Notes: generated by a model not told the origin, from the sequence alone. A stretch of 64,000 nucleotides of DNA from Acutalibacteraceae bacterium (GCA_045649005.1 JAZRPC010000078.1:7393-71392); one strand, 5' to 3'; positions 1 through 9,177 are shown, counted from the first letter of the stretch. Numbers and translations: made by a program.

Positions 1-1
1 G

Positions 2-421
2 TTAATAGAAAAAGCGGGTGAGGCTGACGGTTTTATTTTCGGCTCTGCCGTTCACTATGCGGCACCATCGGGAACAATCTGTGCAGTTCTTGACAGAGCT
101 TTTTATGCCGGCGGTAAAAATTTCAAATACAAGCCCGGTGCGGCAATTCTCAGCTGTCGAAGAGCAGGCTCAACTGCGGCGTTTGATGTTTTGAATAAAT
201 ATTTTACAATCAGCAATATGCCCCTTGTTTCCTCGGGCTATTGGAATATGGTCCACGGCTCAAAGGCTGAGGATGTTTTAAAGGATGAAGAGGGTCTGCA
301 GGTGATGAGAACTCTCGGCAGAAATATGGCTTGGATTCTTAAATGTATTGAGCTTGGTAAATGTAACGGTGTCACAAGACCAGAGGATGAGCCTAAAATC
401 CGAACTAATTTTATCAGATAA
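2..421 (+). CDS. flavodoxin-like / NADPH-dependent FMN reductase family protein, C-terminal part (5' end outside window)
   Basis: The frame is open from the window edge to TAA at 419-421. The translation ...GFIFGSAVHYAAPSG...LSCRRAGSTAAFDVLNKYF... looks like the multimeric flavodoxin / iron-sulfur flavoprotein family. Confidence 0.6.
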   Translation, partial: LIEKAGEADGFIFGSAVHYAAPSGTICAVLDRAFYAGGKNFKYKPGAAILSCRRAGSTAAFDVLNKYFTISNMPLVSSGYWNMVHGSKAEDVLKDEEGLQVMRTLGRNMAWILKCIELGKCNGVTRPEDEPKIRTNFIR

Positions 422-485
422 TTGATTTTATATTTTAATGGTGATATACTACTAAGGATTACGATACACAGAAAGGAACTTTTCT

Positions 486-2189
486 ATGAACGACATTAAT
501 GCTCTTTATTCCCGTTGGTGCGAAAAAGCGGTGCTTGACGCTGATTTGCAGGCTGAACTCAAGGCTATCGACGGTAAAGAAGATGAAATACTTGACAGAT
601 TCTATAAGAACCTTGAATTCGGTACAGGCGGTCTGCGTGGCGTTATCGGTGCGGGCACAAACAGAATGAACGTTTACACCGTCGGTCAGGCAACACAGGG
701 TCTTGCGGATTACCTCAACGAAACCTTTGAGGAGCCCTCAGTTGCCATCGCATACGATTCAAGAATCAAATCCGACGTTTTTGCCGAATGTGCCGCAGGC
801 GTTCTTGCTGCAAACGGCATCAAGGTGTATATTTACCCTGAGCTTATGCCCACACCTATGCTTTCTTTTGCTGTCAGAAGACTCGGTTGCTCCTCGGGTA
901 TTGTGCTTACCGCAAGCCATAATCCCTCAAAATACAACGGCTTTAAATGCTATGATCCCCGTGGCTTCCAGATAACGGACGAAGCTGCCACTAAAACGTA
1001 TGAATATATGAAAAAAGTTGATATGTTCGACGGTGTTAAACGAATGAGCTTTGAGGATGCTCTTGCTGAGGATTACGTTGATTACATCGAAGATTGGCTC
1101 AAGGATGAGTTTATTGAGTGCGTGCTTGACTGCTCAGTTAACAAGGATGTTGTTAAAAAATCGGGCATAAAGGTCCTTTACACACCACTTAACGGAACAG
1201 GCAACAAGCCCGTTCGCCGTGTTCTCAAAAAATTAGGTGTCAGCGACCTTCGTGTTGTAAAAAGTCAGGAAAAGCCCGACGGCAATTTCCCCACTTGTCC
1301 TTATCCTAACCCCGAAATCCGTCAGGTATTTGAGGAAGGTCTTAAAATGACCGAGGAATTTCCCGCAGATATTATGATTGCTACCGACCCCGACTGTGAC
1401 CGTGTTGGTATTGCTGTTCGTGATAACGGCGAATACAAGCTGATGACAGGTAACGAAGTTGGCGCAATGCTTTGTGAATATATTCTCACTCAGCTTAAAG
1501 AAAAAGGTAAATTGCCCGAAAATCCCGTTGTTGTTAAAACTATTGTTACAACACCCCTTATTTCCGCCATCTGCAAAGAATACGGCGCAGAAATGGCAGA
1601 CCTTCTCACAGGCTTCAAATACATCGGCGAGCTTGTAACAGAGCTCGACGAAAAGGGTGAGGGCGAGCGTTACGTTCTCGGTCTTGAAGAGAGCTACGGC
1701 TATCTCACAGGCACACACGCCCGTGACAAGGACGGCGTAAATGCCGCAATGATTATTTGCGAAATGGCTGCTTTCTATAAATCAAAGGGTATAACCCTCT
1801 GGCAGTTTATGAACAGCATCTATGAAAAATACGGTTTCTTCTTCAATCAGCTTGACAACTACGCATTTGAAGGTGCGGCAGGTATGCAGAAAATGGCTGA
1901 TATGATGGATTCTCTTCGCAACAATCCGCCCGCAGAAATCTGCGCAAGCAAGGTTGTTTGGGTGGGCGACTACAAAACAGGCAAAACAACTGATGGCGAA
2001 ACAGGTCTCCCAAAATCAAACGTGCTCTCATACAGGATGGAGAGTGGCGATGCTGTAATCGTCAGACCTTCAGGCACAGAGCCCAAAATCAAGATATATA
2101 TTACTGCAAAAGCAACATCAAGAGAGGAAGCAGAAGCAAAGCTTGCAACAGTTTCAGCAAGTGTAAAAGAGCTTTTGGGAATTGAATAA
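486..2189 (+). CDS. phosphoglucomutase/phosphomannomutase family phospho-sugar mutase
   Basis: 567-aa ORF with the active-site serine loop TASHNPSKYNGFK, the Mg loop ATDPDCDR and the sugar-binding GLEESYGY motif. An RBS precedes the ATG. Confidence 0.9.
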   Translation: MNDINALYSRWCEKAVLDADLQAELKAIDGKEDEILDRFYKNLEFGTGGLRGVIGAGTNRMNVYTVGQATQGLADYLNETFEEPSVAIAYDSRIKSDVFAECAAGVLAANGIKVYIYPELMPTPMLSFAVRRLGCSSGIVLTASHNPSKYNGFKCYDPRGFQITDEAATKTYEYMKKVDMFDGVKRMSFEDALAEDYVDYIEDWLKDEFIECVLDCSVNKDVVKKSGIKVLYTPLNGTGNKPVRRVLKKLGVSDLRVVKSQEKPDGNFPTCPYPNPEIRQVFEEGLKMTEEFPADIMIATDPDCDRVGIAVRDNGEYKLMTGNEVGAMLCEYILTQLKEKGKLPENPVVVKTIVTTPLISAICKEYGAEMADLLTGFKYIGELVTELDEKGEGERYVLGLEESYGYLTGTHARDKDGVNAAMIICEMAAFYKSKGITLWQFMNSIYEKYGFFFNQLDNYAFEGAAGMQKMADMMDSLRNNPPAEICASKVVWVGDYKTGKTTDGETGLPKSNVLSYRMESGDAVIVRPSGTEPKIKIYITAKATSREEAEAKLATVSASVKELLGIE

Positions 2190-2284
2190 TGTTTTCTAAA
2201 AAATTTATAAGAGGACTCTGCATCTTTTTGGCAGGCCTGATGGTTCTTAGCGTCGGAGCGGCAGTTCTTTCGGCAATATTTTAA
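2189..2284 (+). CDS. possible 31-aa hydrophobic micropeptide, translationally coupled to the mutase gene (TAATG overlap)
   Basis: My own translation is MFSKKFIRGLCIFLAGLMVLSVGAAVLSAIF*: basic N-terminus plus one TM-like helix. It is below the ORF-track cutoff and I have no homology evidence. Confidence 0.25.
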   Translation: MFSKKFIRGLCIFLAGLMVLSVGAAVLSAIF

Positions 2285-2293
2285 AATAAAAAT

Positions 2294-2327
2294 AGTGACC
2301 AAACAGATTGTTTGGTCACTATTTTTT
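2294..2327. terminator. bidirectional rho-independent terminator
   Basis: Perfect 12-bp stem agtgaccaaaca / tgtttggtcact with a 3-nt loop. An A-run lies upstream and a T-run downstream. It sits between convergent genes. Confidence 0.75.
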
Positions 2328-2337
2328 GCTTTTTTAC

Positions 2338-2481
2338 TTAGCAGCAGCCACAATCGTTGCCACGATAGTTGTTGTTGCAGCCACAGCCACAGTCGTTGCC
2401 GTTACCGTTACCGCAGAACAAAATGAGGATAATAAGGATAATGATCCAGGAGCAGTTGTTTCCGTTGAATAAGCAGTTCAT
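2338..2481 (-). CDS. small Cys/Gly/Asn-rich membrane peptide (47 aa), YjcZ-like sporulation-peptide flavour
   Basis: My own translation is MNCLFNGNNCSWIIILIILILFCGNGNGNDCGCGCNNNYRGNDCGCC*. A strong RBS (AAAGGGGG) lies 7 nt upstream of the ATG, and the terminator follows directly downstream. Not in the ORF track (<60 aa). Confidence 0.5.
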   Translation of the reverse strand: MNCLFNGNNCSWIIILIILILFCGNGNGNDCGCGCNNNYRGNDCGCC

Positions 2482-2588
2482 TCTTTAACCCCCTTTCAAT
2501 GCATAATATGTTATTGTGAGAAATTTGTTACACAATGAATATATGTAACAAATGGGAACAGAATATGGGTTGAAAAGAGGTGAGCGTT

Positions 2589-2735
2589 GTGGCATTCGAT
2601 TTTGATTTTGACAGATTTCAAAGAAGAAAATCCAACTCATACAATGATTTCGACAGCGATGAATTCGATTATGAATTTGCAGAGGATTTCGATTTTGATG
2701 AGGAATTTGATGATGAGGACGGTTTTGCACTTTAA
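2589..2735 (+). CDS. possible 48-aa highly acidic Phe/Asp-rich peptide
   Basis: GTG start 6 nt after the RBS AAGAGGTGA. Translation is VAFDFDFDRFQRRKSNSYNDFDSDEFDYEFAEDFDFDEEFDDEDGFAL*. It is divergent from the Cys-rich peptide gene. Confidence 0.35.
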   Translation: MAFDFDFDRFQRRKSNSYNDFDSDEFDYEFAEDFDFDEEFDDEDGFAL

Positions 2736-2737
2736 TC

Positions 2738-2766
2738 TTGAATTGTTTTAGTTTTTATCGTATAAT
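2738..2766 (+). promoter_or_regulatory. sigma-A type promoter upstream of mcsA
   Basis: TTGAAT (2738-2743), 17-nt spacer, TATAAT (2761-2766). Confidence 0.5.
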
Positions 2767-2798
2767 GTTAGAAGATTATTACTTTTGAGGTGTTTGCC

Positions 2799-3293
2799 GT
2801 GCTTTGTCAGAATTGCAATAAAAACGAAGCAAATATGCATATGAAACGTATCATAAACGGTCACGCCGCTGAGGTTCACCTTTGCTCGGATTGCGCCCGT
2901 TCTCTCGGGTATGGTGATGCTTTTTCGGGCGTTGGCCTCGGCTTCAGTGATTTTTTTGAGGATTTGTTTCATAAAAACGAATTAAGTGCTTCTACTGTGC
3001 GTTGTCACGGGTGCAATAAAAGCTTTGAAGAAATTGCTTCGGATGGTGAAATGGGTTGTGCCGAATGCTATGTTACGTTCTTCGACAAAATCCAACCCCT
3101 TATCCACCGTTTGCATGGCAGAGCAACCCATATCGGTAAAAAGCCGCACTCTGAAAACAGCTTTTCACCCGATGAAAGGCTTCAGCAGTTGAAAATTGCC
3201 CTTCAATCTGCGGTTGATAACCAGGATTTTGAGCTTGCTGTAAAGCTCAGAGATGAAATAAACGGTTTAATTTCTGAAGGGGGTGCTTTCTGA
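2799..3293 (+). CDS. mcsA: protein arginine kinase activator McsA (UvrB/UvrC-motif protein)
   Basis: N-terminal CxxC zinc-finger pairs (LCQNCNKNEA, CSDCA, CHGCN, CAECY) and a C-terminal UvrB/C motif (QDFELAVKLRDEI). A GTG at 2799 follows the GAGGTG RBS; the ORF track starts at 2790. It lies directly upstream of mcsB. Confidence 0.8.
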   Translation: MLCQNCNKNEANMHMKRIINGHAAEVHLCSDCARSLGYGDAFSGVGLGFSDFFEDLFHKNELSASTVRCHGCNKSFEEIASDGEMGCAECYVTFFDKIQPLIHRLHGRATHIGKKPHSENSFSPDERLQQLKIALQSAVDNQDFELAVKLRDEINGLISEGGAF

Positions 3294-4303
3294 TGGGTGC
3301 AAAATGGTATCTCGGCACAGGTGCCCAGAACGACGTTGTTATCAGCACAAGTTTGCATCTTGCAAGAAACCTCAGGCATTTTCCTTTCCCCTCAAGGTTA
3401 TCGGTGCCCGAAAAAATAAAGGTTAACAGCATTGTGAAATCTGCAGTTGATTCCGTTGAGGGTTATGATTTCAACTACTTTGAGTTGAAAACCTTGTCAC
3501 AATCCGAGCTTGTTTCTTTGGCTGAAAGGTATCTTGTCAGCCCGGAATTTGCATCTTCAAGAGATGGCAAGGCATTGCTTATTACCGATGATGAATCTGT
3601 CAGCGTTATGCTCAATGAGGAGGATCACATTCGTCTTCAGGTTATGTATGCAGGCTTCGCCCTTGAGGAAGCATACAGAACGGCTGACAGAATCGACAAC
3701 GAGCTCAACCGCAAGCTTGAGTATGCGTTTGACGACAACCTCGGTTATCTCGCCCAGAATCCTATGGCATTGGGCACGGGTATGAGAGCTTCCGTGGTTC
3801 TTCACCTGCCTGCACTTGTTGCGGCATCACAGATAACAAAGCTCATTACAACGGTTTCAAAGTTGGGTCTTTCTTTACAGGGCTCTTACGGTGAGGGTGC
3901 TGCGGCAAAGGGCGATTTGTTCAGACTCAGCAATACACTGACTCTGGGCATTTCCGAAAAAGCGGCAATAGATAACCTTAAATCCATAGCGTTGCAGATT
4001 GCGGCACAGGAGCGAATTGCAAGAGAAGAAATTTTCAAAAACGCAATAACAGAGGATAAAATATACAGAGCATACGGTGTTCTCAAATATGCAAGGCTTA
4101 TTGACACCAACGAGTTTATGGAGCTTATTTCATTAGTTCGCCTTGGTGCTGTCAAAGGGCTCATTAAAATGGATACAGCCAAAATAGAGGCACTTATGAT
4201 TCAGATGCAGCCCGCAACAATATCCCTTTCTGTTGACAGACCTCTTGACAGAGTGGAGCGGGATAAGCTCCGGGCACTTCTCGTCAGACAAAATCTTATT
4301 TGA
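3293..4303 (+). CDS. mcsB: protein arginine kinase McsB (ATP:guanido phosphotransferase)
   Basis: 336-aa ORF with a guanido-kinase catalytic-domain pattern (NEEDHIRLQ, LGTGMRASV, SLQGSYGEG). Its start overlaps the mcsA stop. Confidence 0.9.
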   Translation: MGAKWYLGTGAQNDVVISTSLHLARNLRHFPFPSRLSVPEKIKVNSIVKSAVDSVEGYDFNYFELKTLSQSELVSLAERYLVSPEFASSRDGKALLITDDESVSVMLNEEDHIRLQVMYAGFALEEAYRTADRIDNELNRKLEYAFDDNLGYLAQNPMALGTGMRASVVLHLPALVAASQITKLITTVSKLGLSLQGSYGEGAAAKGDLFRLSNTLTLGISEKAAIDNLKSIALQIAAQERIAREEIFKNAITEDKIYRAYGVLKYARLIDTNEFMELISLVRLGAVKGLIKMDTAKIEALMIQMQPATISLSVDRPLDRVERDKLRALLVRQNLI

Positions 4304-4309
4304 AATTAA

Positions 4310-4338
4310 CTGTCGGAATTAATATTCCGACAGTTTTT
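4310..4338 (+). terminator. rho-independent terminator after mcsB
   Basis: Stem ctgtcggaat / attccgacag, 4-nt loop, then TTTTT. Confidence 0.75.
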
Positions 4339-4411
4339 CTTGATAATAATATAAAACTATGTTATTATTTTTCTTGTTGTGTATATAACAAAACGTTGAA
4401 CAGGGGTAGTT

Positions 4412-5341
4412 ATGTTACAAAAAGTAAATTCAAAAAGCTTGTTTTCATCACTTTTGATGATTCTTGCCGCATTTATATGGGGCACGGCATTTGTTGCCCA
4501 AAGCACCGGTCTTGAAAAAATCGGTAATTTCACTTTTCTTGCATTCAGGTCATATCTTGCGGTAATTGTTCTTTTGCCTGTTTCATTTATTATTTATAAA
4601 AACAATAAGAAAAGGGTAGGTAACGGGGAGCATAATCAAAATAAAACGTTTATTTCAAAAAAACTGATAATTGGTGCATTTCTTTGCGGAATTGCGCTTT
4701 GTCTTGCTTCTGCTTCGCAGCAATACGGAATTGTTCTTTCAGGTGTGGGTAAATCGGGCTTTCTGACTACGCTTTATATTCTTATGGTGCCGATTATCGG
4801 TTTGTTTTTAAAGAAAAAGGTCAAGCCCGTTCTGTGGCTGTGTATTGCTATTGCACTTTGCGGTATGTATTTTCTTTGCGTAACCGAAACCGGCAGAATA
4901 ACCGTTGGCGATGCGCTGCTTATTCTTTGCGCCTTTCTTTTTGCGGTGCAGATAATGATAGTTGACCATTTTGTGAAGTTCGTTGACGGTGTTCGCTTGT
5001 CTTTGGTTCAGTTTGCAGTAACCGCAGTTATTTCAACAATATGTATGTTCGCCTTTGAAAGCCCCGATATTGAAGCCATAAAAAGTGCGTGGGTTTCAAT
5101 TTTTTATGCCGGTGTGCTGTCATCGGGCGTGGCTTTCACCTTGCAGATTGTTGCACAGAAAAACCTCAACCCGACGGTTGCAAGCCTTTTAATGAGTCTT
5201 GAGTCGGTTTTTGCCGTTCTTGCGGGTGCGGTCTTCGGCGAAAGACTTTCTGCAAACGAGATTTTCGGTTGCGTTCTTGTGTTTGTTGCAATAATACTTG
5301 CACAGCTTCCTGTTGAAAAACTATTAAAAAAGAAAAAATAA
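4412..5341 (+). CDS. DMT (EamA) family transporter
   Basis: 309 aa, about 10 TM segments in two EamA-like halves, with a typical N-terminus ...AAFIWGTAFVAQ... Confidence 0.85.
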   Translation: MLQKVNSKSLFSSLLMILAAFIWGTAFVAQSTGLEKIGNFTFLAFRSYLAVIVLLPVSFIIYKNNKKRVGNGEHNQNKTFISKKLIIGAFLCGIALCLASASQQYGIVLSGVGKSGFLTTLYILMVPIIGLFLKKKVKPVLWLCIAIALCGMYFLCVTETGRITVGDALLILCAFLFAVQIMIVDHFVKFVDGVRLSLVQFAVTAVISTICMFAFESPDIEAIKSAWVSIFYAGVLSSGVAFTLQIVAQKNLNPTVASLLMSLESVFAVLAGAVFGERLSANEIFGCVLVFVAIILAQLPVEKLLKKKK

Positions 5342-5346
5342 AAATC

Positions 5347-5386
5347 AGTCGTGTTCACAGTGGCAAAAAGAACACGACTTTTTTTG
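5347..5386 (+). terminator. rho-independent terminator
   Basis: Stem agtcgtgttc / gaacacgact followed by TTTTTTT. Confidence 0.7.
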
Positions 5387-5468
5387 TGCATAAAGCCATA
5401 CCCAAAAACATTGTCAATGTATTTATTATGTGTTAAAATAATATAAATATATTTTTAGGGGGAACCTT

Positions 5469-7238
5469 ATGAGCAACGAAAACAAAAGCTCTATTGTCGA
5501 CAAAGGCAAAATGCTGTTCGGCGAAATCAAGGAGCATTGGAATACCCCTGCCGAGGGTAAATATGTTCCGTACAAAGAATATAAGGATGTTGTAATCGGT
5601 GTCGGTGCAAACTACACGGGCTCAAAAACTCTTGAGTATATCGGCTTCTGGTCAAGCTGCTTCCTCATTATGCACCACTACAAATTGCCGTATCTTACAT
5701 TCTCGGTTATCGGCCTTTTAAATATGCCTCTGGGTTATATTTCTGCCCTTATATGGTGGTATGTTTGCGATAACCTTGGCTTTTTACCGAAAAAGACCGA
5801 GAAAAAGGTATATCTTGTCTATGGTCTTATGATGGGGTTCGGCATTTCAACGCTATTGTTCGACTATTCAAGGCTATTCGACCAATCGGGCTCGTTTATC
5901 ACTATTCTCAACAGCTTTGAGGGTATGAATGCCACGGCGTGCTTTAAAACCTTTGGTACCCATTTTCTATATACAGGTTGGGTGGGTGCCCGTAATATAT
6001 TCTGGCGTAAGAAGCTGATTCCTAAATACGGCAGATACAAATACAGCCTCTATTGTGACGTTATACCGAAATGTGTAATGGTTATTCTTATAGGCTGGCT
6101 TCCTGTTTATAACATTGCAGACGTTGCAACACGTGTTTGGGTTGCAAACCTTCTTTTTGCTACATACAACGTGTTCGGCTTCGGTAACGTGCTTGAGGAA
6201 TGCTCAAAGAGAATAAGCCCCAATTTACAGGAAAGAATCCTTGTCAGAAGCTATCCTGTAAAAATATCACACATTTTCAACTCAATTCTTGCGATTATTC
6301 TCCCTGCAGTTGTCGGTATGCTCCGCCACGAATGGGCAGATATCAACTTCTATAGATTTGTTATCCCGATAACGTTCTGCATATCAGCAGCGTTCACAAT
6401 GGGTCTTGCGGGCAGAATTAAAGAAAGAATACCTCAACCGCCCATTGAAAAGAAGGTTCAGATTAAATTCTGGGACGGTATGCTGGGTGTTATGAAGAAT
6501 AAATACCTGCTTATTAAAACCGTTGTTGACCTTATTGATGCTTTGGGTAATGGTATGCTTCCTTTTGCAACAATTCTTTATTTCTACACGTTCCGTCTCA
6601 GCGGTCTGCCATACAGCCTTATTGTTGCACTCATATCCTTTGCGGGCACCCCGCCGGATCTGCTTTCCCCCTATTTCCTCAAGAAATTTTCATACAAACA
6701 GATTATGATTTTCTATCAGCTCAGCCGTGCTATCGGTAATGCCGTTATCGCTGTTGCGATGTGGACTCTTGGTGATAATCTTGCCCTTTGCGGAACAATC
6801 TGTATTGTAGTTCTCTTCTTTATGGAAATGACAAAGACCGTTCCAACAACCGCAGGTCATGATATGGGTGTGCGTATCAATGACTATCAAATGTATTTGT
6901 CGGGTGAACGTCTTGAAAGCTTTGCCGGTATTTTCGGCTGGTTTACAGGACCCATCACAACCTTTATTGGTCTTATAATCCCCATTTTCTTGTTGAAATA
7001 CGGCTTTAACAGCAACTGGGAAATCCTTTTCTTTGACGGTTCAAGACGAAATATTGTTGTTGTTCCCATTATTGTTGATGCAATCGGCTTCTTCCTTATG
7101 ACGATTCCGTATCTTTTCTGGGATTACGATAACAAAAAGCAGAACCTTGTTATGGAGGTTCTTAAACGCCGTGCCGAGGTAACGGAAAAAAAGGCACGGG
7201 AAGAGGGAGTCACCATTTCCGGTGGCTATAAAGGTTAA
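5469..7238 (+). CDS. polytopic membrane protein, distantly MFS/GPH-symporter-like
   Basis: 589 aa with 12 or more hydrophobic segments. The N-terminal region is arranged like glycoside-pentoside-hexuronide transporters. This is a weak family call. Confidence 0.5.
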   Translation: MSNENKSSIVDKGKMLFGEIKEHWNTPAEGKYVPYKEYKDVVIGVGANYTGSKTLEYIGFWSSCFLIMHHYKLPYLTFSVIGLLNMPLGYISALIWWYVCDNLGFLPKKTEKKVYLVYGLMMGFGISTLLFDYSRLFDQSGSFITILNSFEGMNATACFKTFGTHFLYTGWVGARNIFWRKKLIPKYGRYKYSLYCDVIPKCVMVILIGWLPVYNIADVATRVWVANLLFATYNVFGFGNVLEECSKRISPNLQERILVRSYPVKISHIFNSILAIILPAVVGMLRHEWADINFYRFVIPITFCISAAFTMGLAGRIKERIPQPPIEKKVQIKFWDGMLGVMKNKYLLIKTVVDLIDALGNGMLPFATILYFYTFRLSGLPYSLIVALISFAGTPPDLLSPYFLKKFSYKQIMIFYQLSRAIGNAVIAVAMWTLGDNLALCGTICIVVLFFMEMTKTVPTTAGHDMGVRINDYQMYLSGERLESFAGIFGWFTGPITTFIGLIIPIFLLKYGFNSNWEILFFDGSRRNIVVVPIIVDAIGFFLMTIPYLFWDYDNKKQNLVMEVLKRRAEVTEKKAREEGVTISGGYKG

Positions 7239-7251
7239 GGGGGTGAGTTGA

Positions 7252-8466
7252 ATGAGTAAAAAAGAAAAGAAAAGTGTTAACGATTGGGCAACCGATGTTC
7301 AGCTTGATATTCCGGAGGACGAAATATGGACATATCAGGTACCCGGCCTTGCGGCACCTCATATCAACAAGCCCTATAAGCATTATAATTTAAAAAAGAC
7401 AGTTTTCGTCATTGTTATTTTAATAGCGGTTTCGCTTTCTATGTTTTTCAGTATAATGGCTTTGCAAAATGATACTTTTGAATATACCGAAACCAAAAAT
7501 GGCATTGAGTTTTCAAAATTCAGCAATACAGGTTACCTTTATGAGCTTGATATTGACTATGTAAGCGACGTTGAGTATATCCCGGGTAACAACGATCCCA
7601 ACACAAACTTCAAGGTTGTTAAGGACGAAAACAAGCCTATTACTTCTGTCAGACAGTTTACTCTTAATTGTGACGACAAAATCAAAACAATCAGAATAGG
7701 CGAAAACGTTGAATACGTTGACACTAAAGCGTTTTATTCCTGCTGGGCATTGCAGAATATTGAGGTTGATGAAAATAACCGCCACTACTGCGACGTTGAC
7801 GGGGTTCTTTACAATAAAGATAAAACAGCACTTCTTTGCTACCCCTGTGACCACGACGAATATCTTCGTCAGAAATACGGCTACGAGAGAGAGCTTTATA
7901 AAGACGAGGTCACACCCGAATATGAAAAAGATGTTCAGACCTACGTTGTTCCTGCAACGGTTGTGAAGCTTGATGAAATGTGCTTTAACTACGCAAACCT
8001 CAGAAAAATCTATTTGCCTGAGGGGCTCAAGAGAATTGAAACTCTGGCGGTTTTCAAGCTCCACGAAAGAGTTGACCAATGGGGCACAACACCATCGCTT
8101 ACCAATATCTATTCATATAAATCCGATGATGTAATCGATACTCATTTTACATCAGAGAAAGCTCTTGGCGAGGTTTACAACTCGTTACCCGAGGGGCTTG
8201 AATTTATCGGTTCCGATGCTTTCAGCTATAATCAGGCGCTCTCATACGTCTATATTCCCGAAAGCGTTACCCACATCGGGCACCACGCTTTCTGGGATAC
8301 GGTGTATAAAGAGGGCGGCGAGCTCAAGGGCGTTAGTGTTATGAACGTGGCTGTTTCTGAAGAGGAATTCGATAAACTTGAAATAGGCGACGATTGGAAG
8401 CCTAAATACGACTATCTTCTCTTTAAAAAGGCTGTTGACACAGCGTTTAACGCAGAAAGAAAATAA
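7252..8466 (+). CDS. membrane-anchored leucine-rich repeat protein (BspA-type LRR)
   Basis: N-terminal TM (VFVIVILIAVSLSMFFSIMAL) followed by BspA-like LRR units (AFYSCWALQNIEV..., CFNYANLRKIYLPEGLKRIE, AFSYNQALSYVYIPESVTHIG). Confidence 0.7.
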   Translation: MSKKEKKSVNDWATDVQLDIPEDEIWTYQVPGLAAPHINKPYKHYNLKKTVFVIVILIAVSLSMFFSIMALQNDTFEYTETKNGIEFSKFSNTGYLYELDIDYVSDVEYIPGNNDPNTNFKVVKDENKPITSVRQFTLNCDDKIKTIRIGENVEYVDTKAFYSCWALQNIEVDENNRHYCDVDGVLYNKDKTALLCYPCDHDEYLRQKYGYERELYKDEVTPEYEKDVQTYVVPATVVKLDEMCFNYANLRKIYLPEGLKRIETLAVFKLHERVDQWGTTPSLTNIYSYKSDDVIDTHFTSEKALGEVYNSLPEGLEFIGSDAFSYNQALSYVYIPESVTHIGHHAFWDTVYKEGGELKGVSVMNVAVSEEEFDKLEIGDDWKPKYDYLLFKKAVDTAFNAERK

Positions 8467-8470
8467 AAAA

Positions 8471-8504
8471 TAACTGTGTATTCATTTTTTTGAATACACA
8501 GTTA
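8471..8504. terminator. bidirectional terminator between convergent genes
   Basis: 14-bp perfect stem taactgtgtattca / tgaatacacagtta with a T6 loop, flanked by A- and T-runs. Confidence 0.75.
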
Positions 8505-8515
8505 TTTCATTTTAT

Positions 8516-9175
8516 TCAGTTTTTATCAGCAAGTCTGAAAACATCCTCCTGCTTGCCGATTACCATTATGTAATCGCCTTGGCTGAAGGTGTAGTTTGCA
8601 CCGGGGGCGGGGGTTATGGCGTCGCCGTTTTTAACGGCAATAATATTTACCTTGAACTTTTTTCTGACGTCAATCTCAACGATTGTCTTGCCAAGCCAAC
8701 CCGAAACCACGGGGATTTCATAAATTGCATATTCATCGGTAATTTGTATAAGGTCAACGATGTTTTTGGCATTGTATTTTATACCTGTTTTTTCAGCAAT
8801 CTGTTTTTCAGCATAAATTACGTCGTCAGCACCGATTTTTAAAAGCAGATTTGCCTGTCTGTCACGGTTAGCAGTTGAAACAACGAATTTTGCACCAAGC
8901 TCCTTGAGCATCGAGGTTATTTCAAGTGAAGCCTGAAAATCCTGTGCTGTGCAGACAAAGCACACATCAAAATTGTTTATACCAAGTGACCTGAGAACAC
9001 CCTCGTTGCGGCAATCGCCCACAAAGGAGTCTGTGAAAACTGTTGTTAATCTGTCGATTTTTTCTGCATCCTTGTCAACAACTACAACGTCGTTACCAAG
9101 CTCTATGAGCTTCATTGCAAGATGCTTTCCGAATCTGCCTGTGCCTATTATAAGAAAAGATTTCATAATTTTCAC
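8516..9175 (-). CDS. trkA: Trk/Ktr potassium uptake system NAD-binding subunit (TrkA/KtrA)
   Basis: 219 aa with an RCK_N Rossmann motif (IIGTGRFG) and a C-terminal RCK_C domain. It lies directly downstream of trkH. Confidence 0.9.
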   Translation of the reverse strand: MKIMKSFLIIGTGRFGKHLAMKLIELGNDVVVVDKDAEKIDRLTTVFTDSFVGDCRNEGVLRSLGINNFDVCFVCTAQDFQASLEITSMLKELGAKFVVSTANRDRQANLLLKIGADDVIYAEKQIAEKTGIKYNAKNIVDLIQITDEYAIYEIPVVSGWLGKTIVEIDVRKKFKVNIIAVKNGDAITPAPGANYTFSQGDYIMVIGKQEDVFRLADKN

Positions 9176-9177
9176 CT

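Noticed and set aside
2341-2440. Short tandem repeats (gccaca gccaca, gttacc gttacc).
   Set aside because: They are explained as the CGCGC / NGNGN coding repeats of the Cys-rich micro-ORF on the minus strand.
2736-2798. Search for a CtsR operator (GGTCAAA direct repeat) upstream of mcsA.
   Set aside because: No match is present. I report the absence as a low-interest observation rather than a feature.
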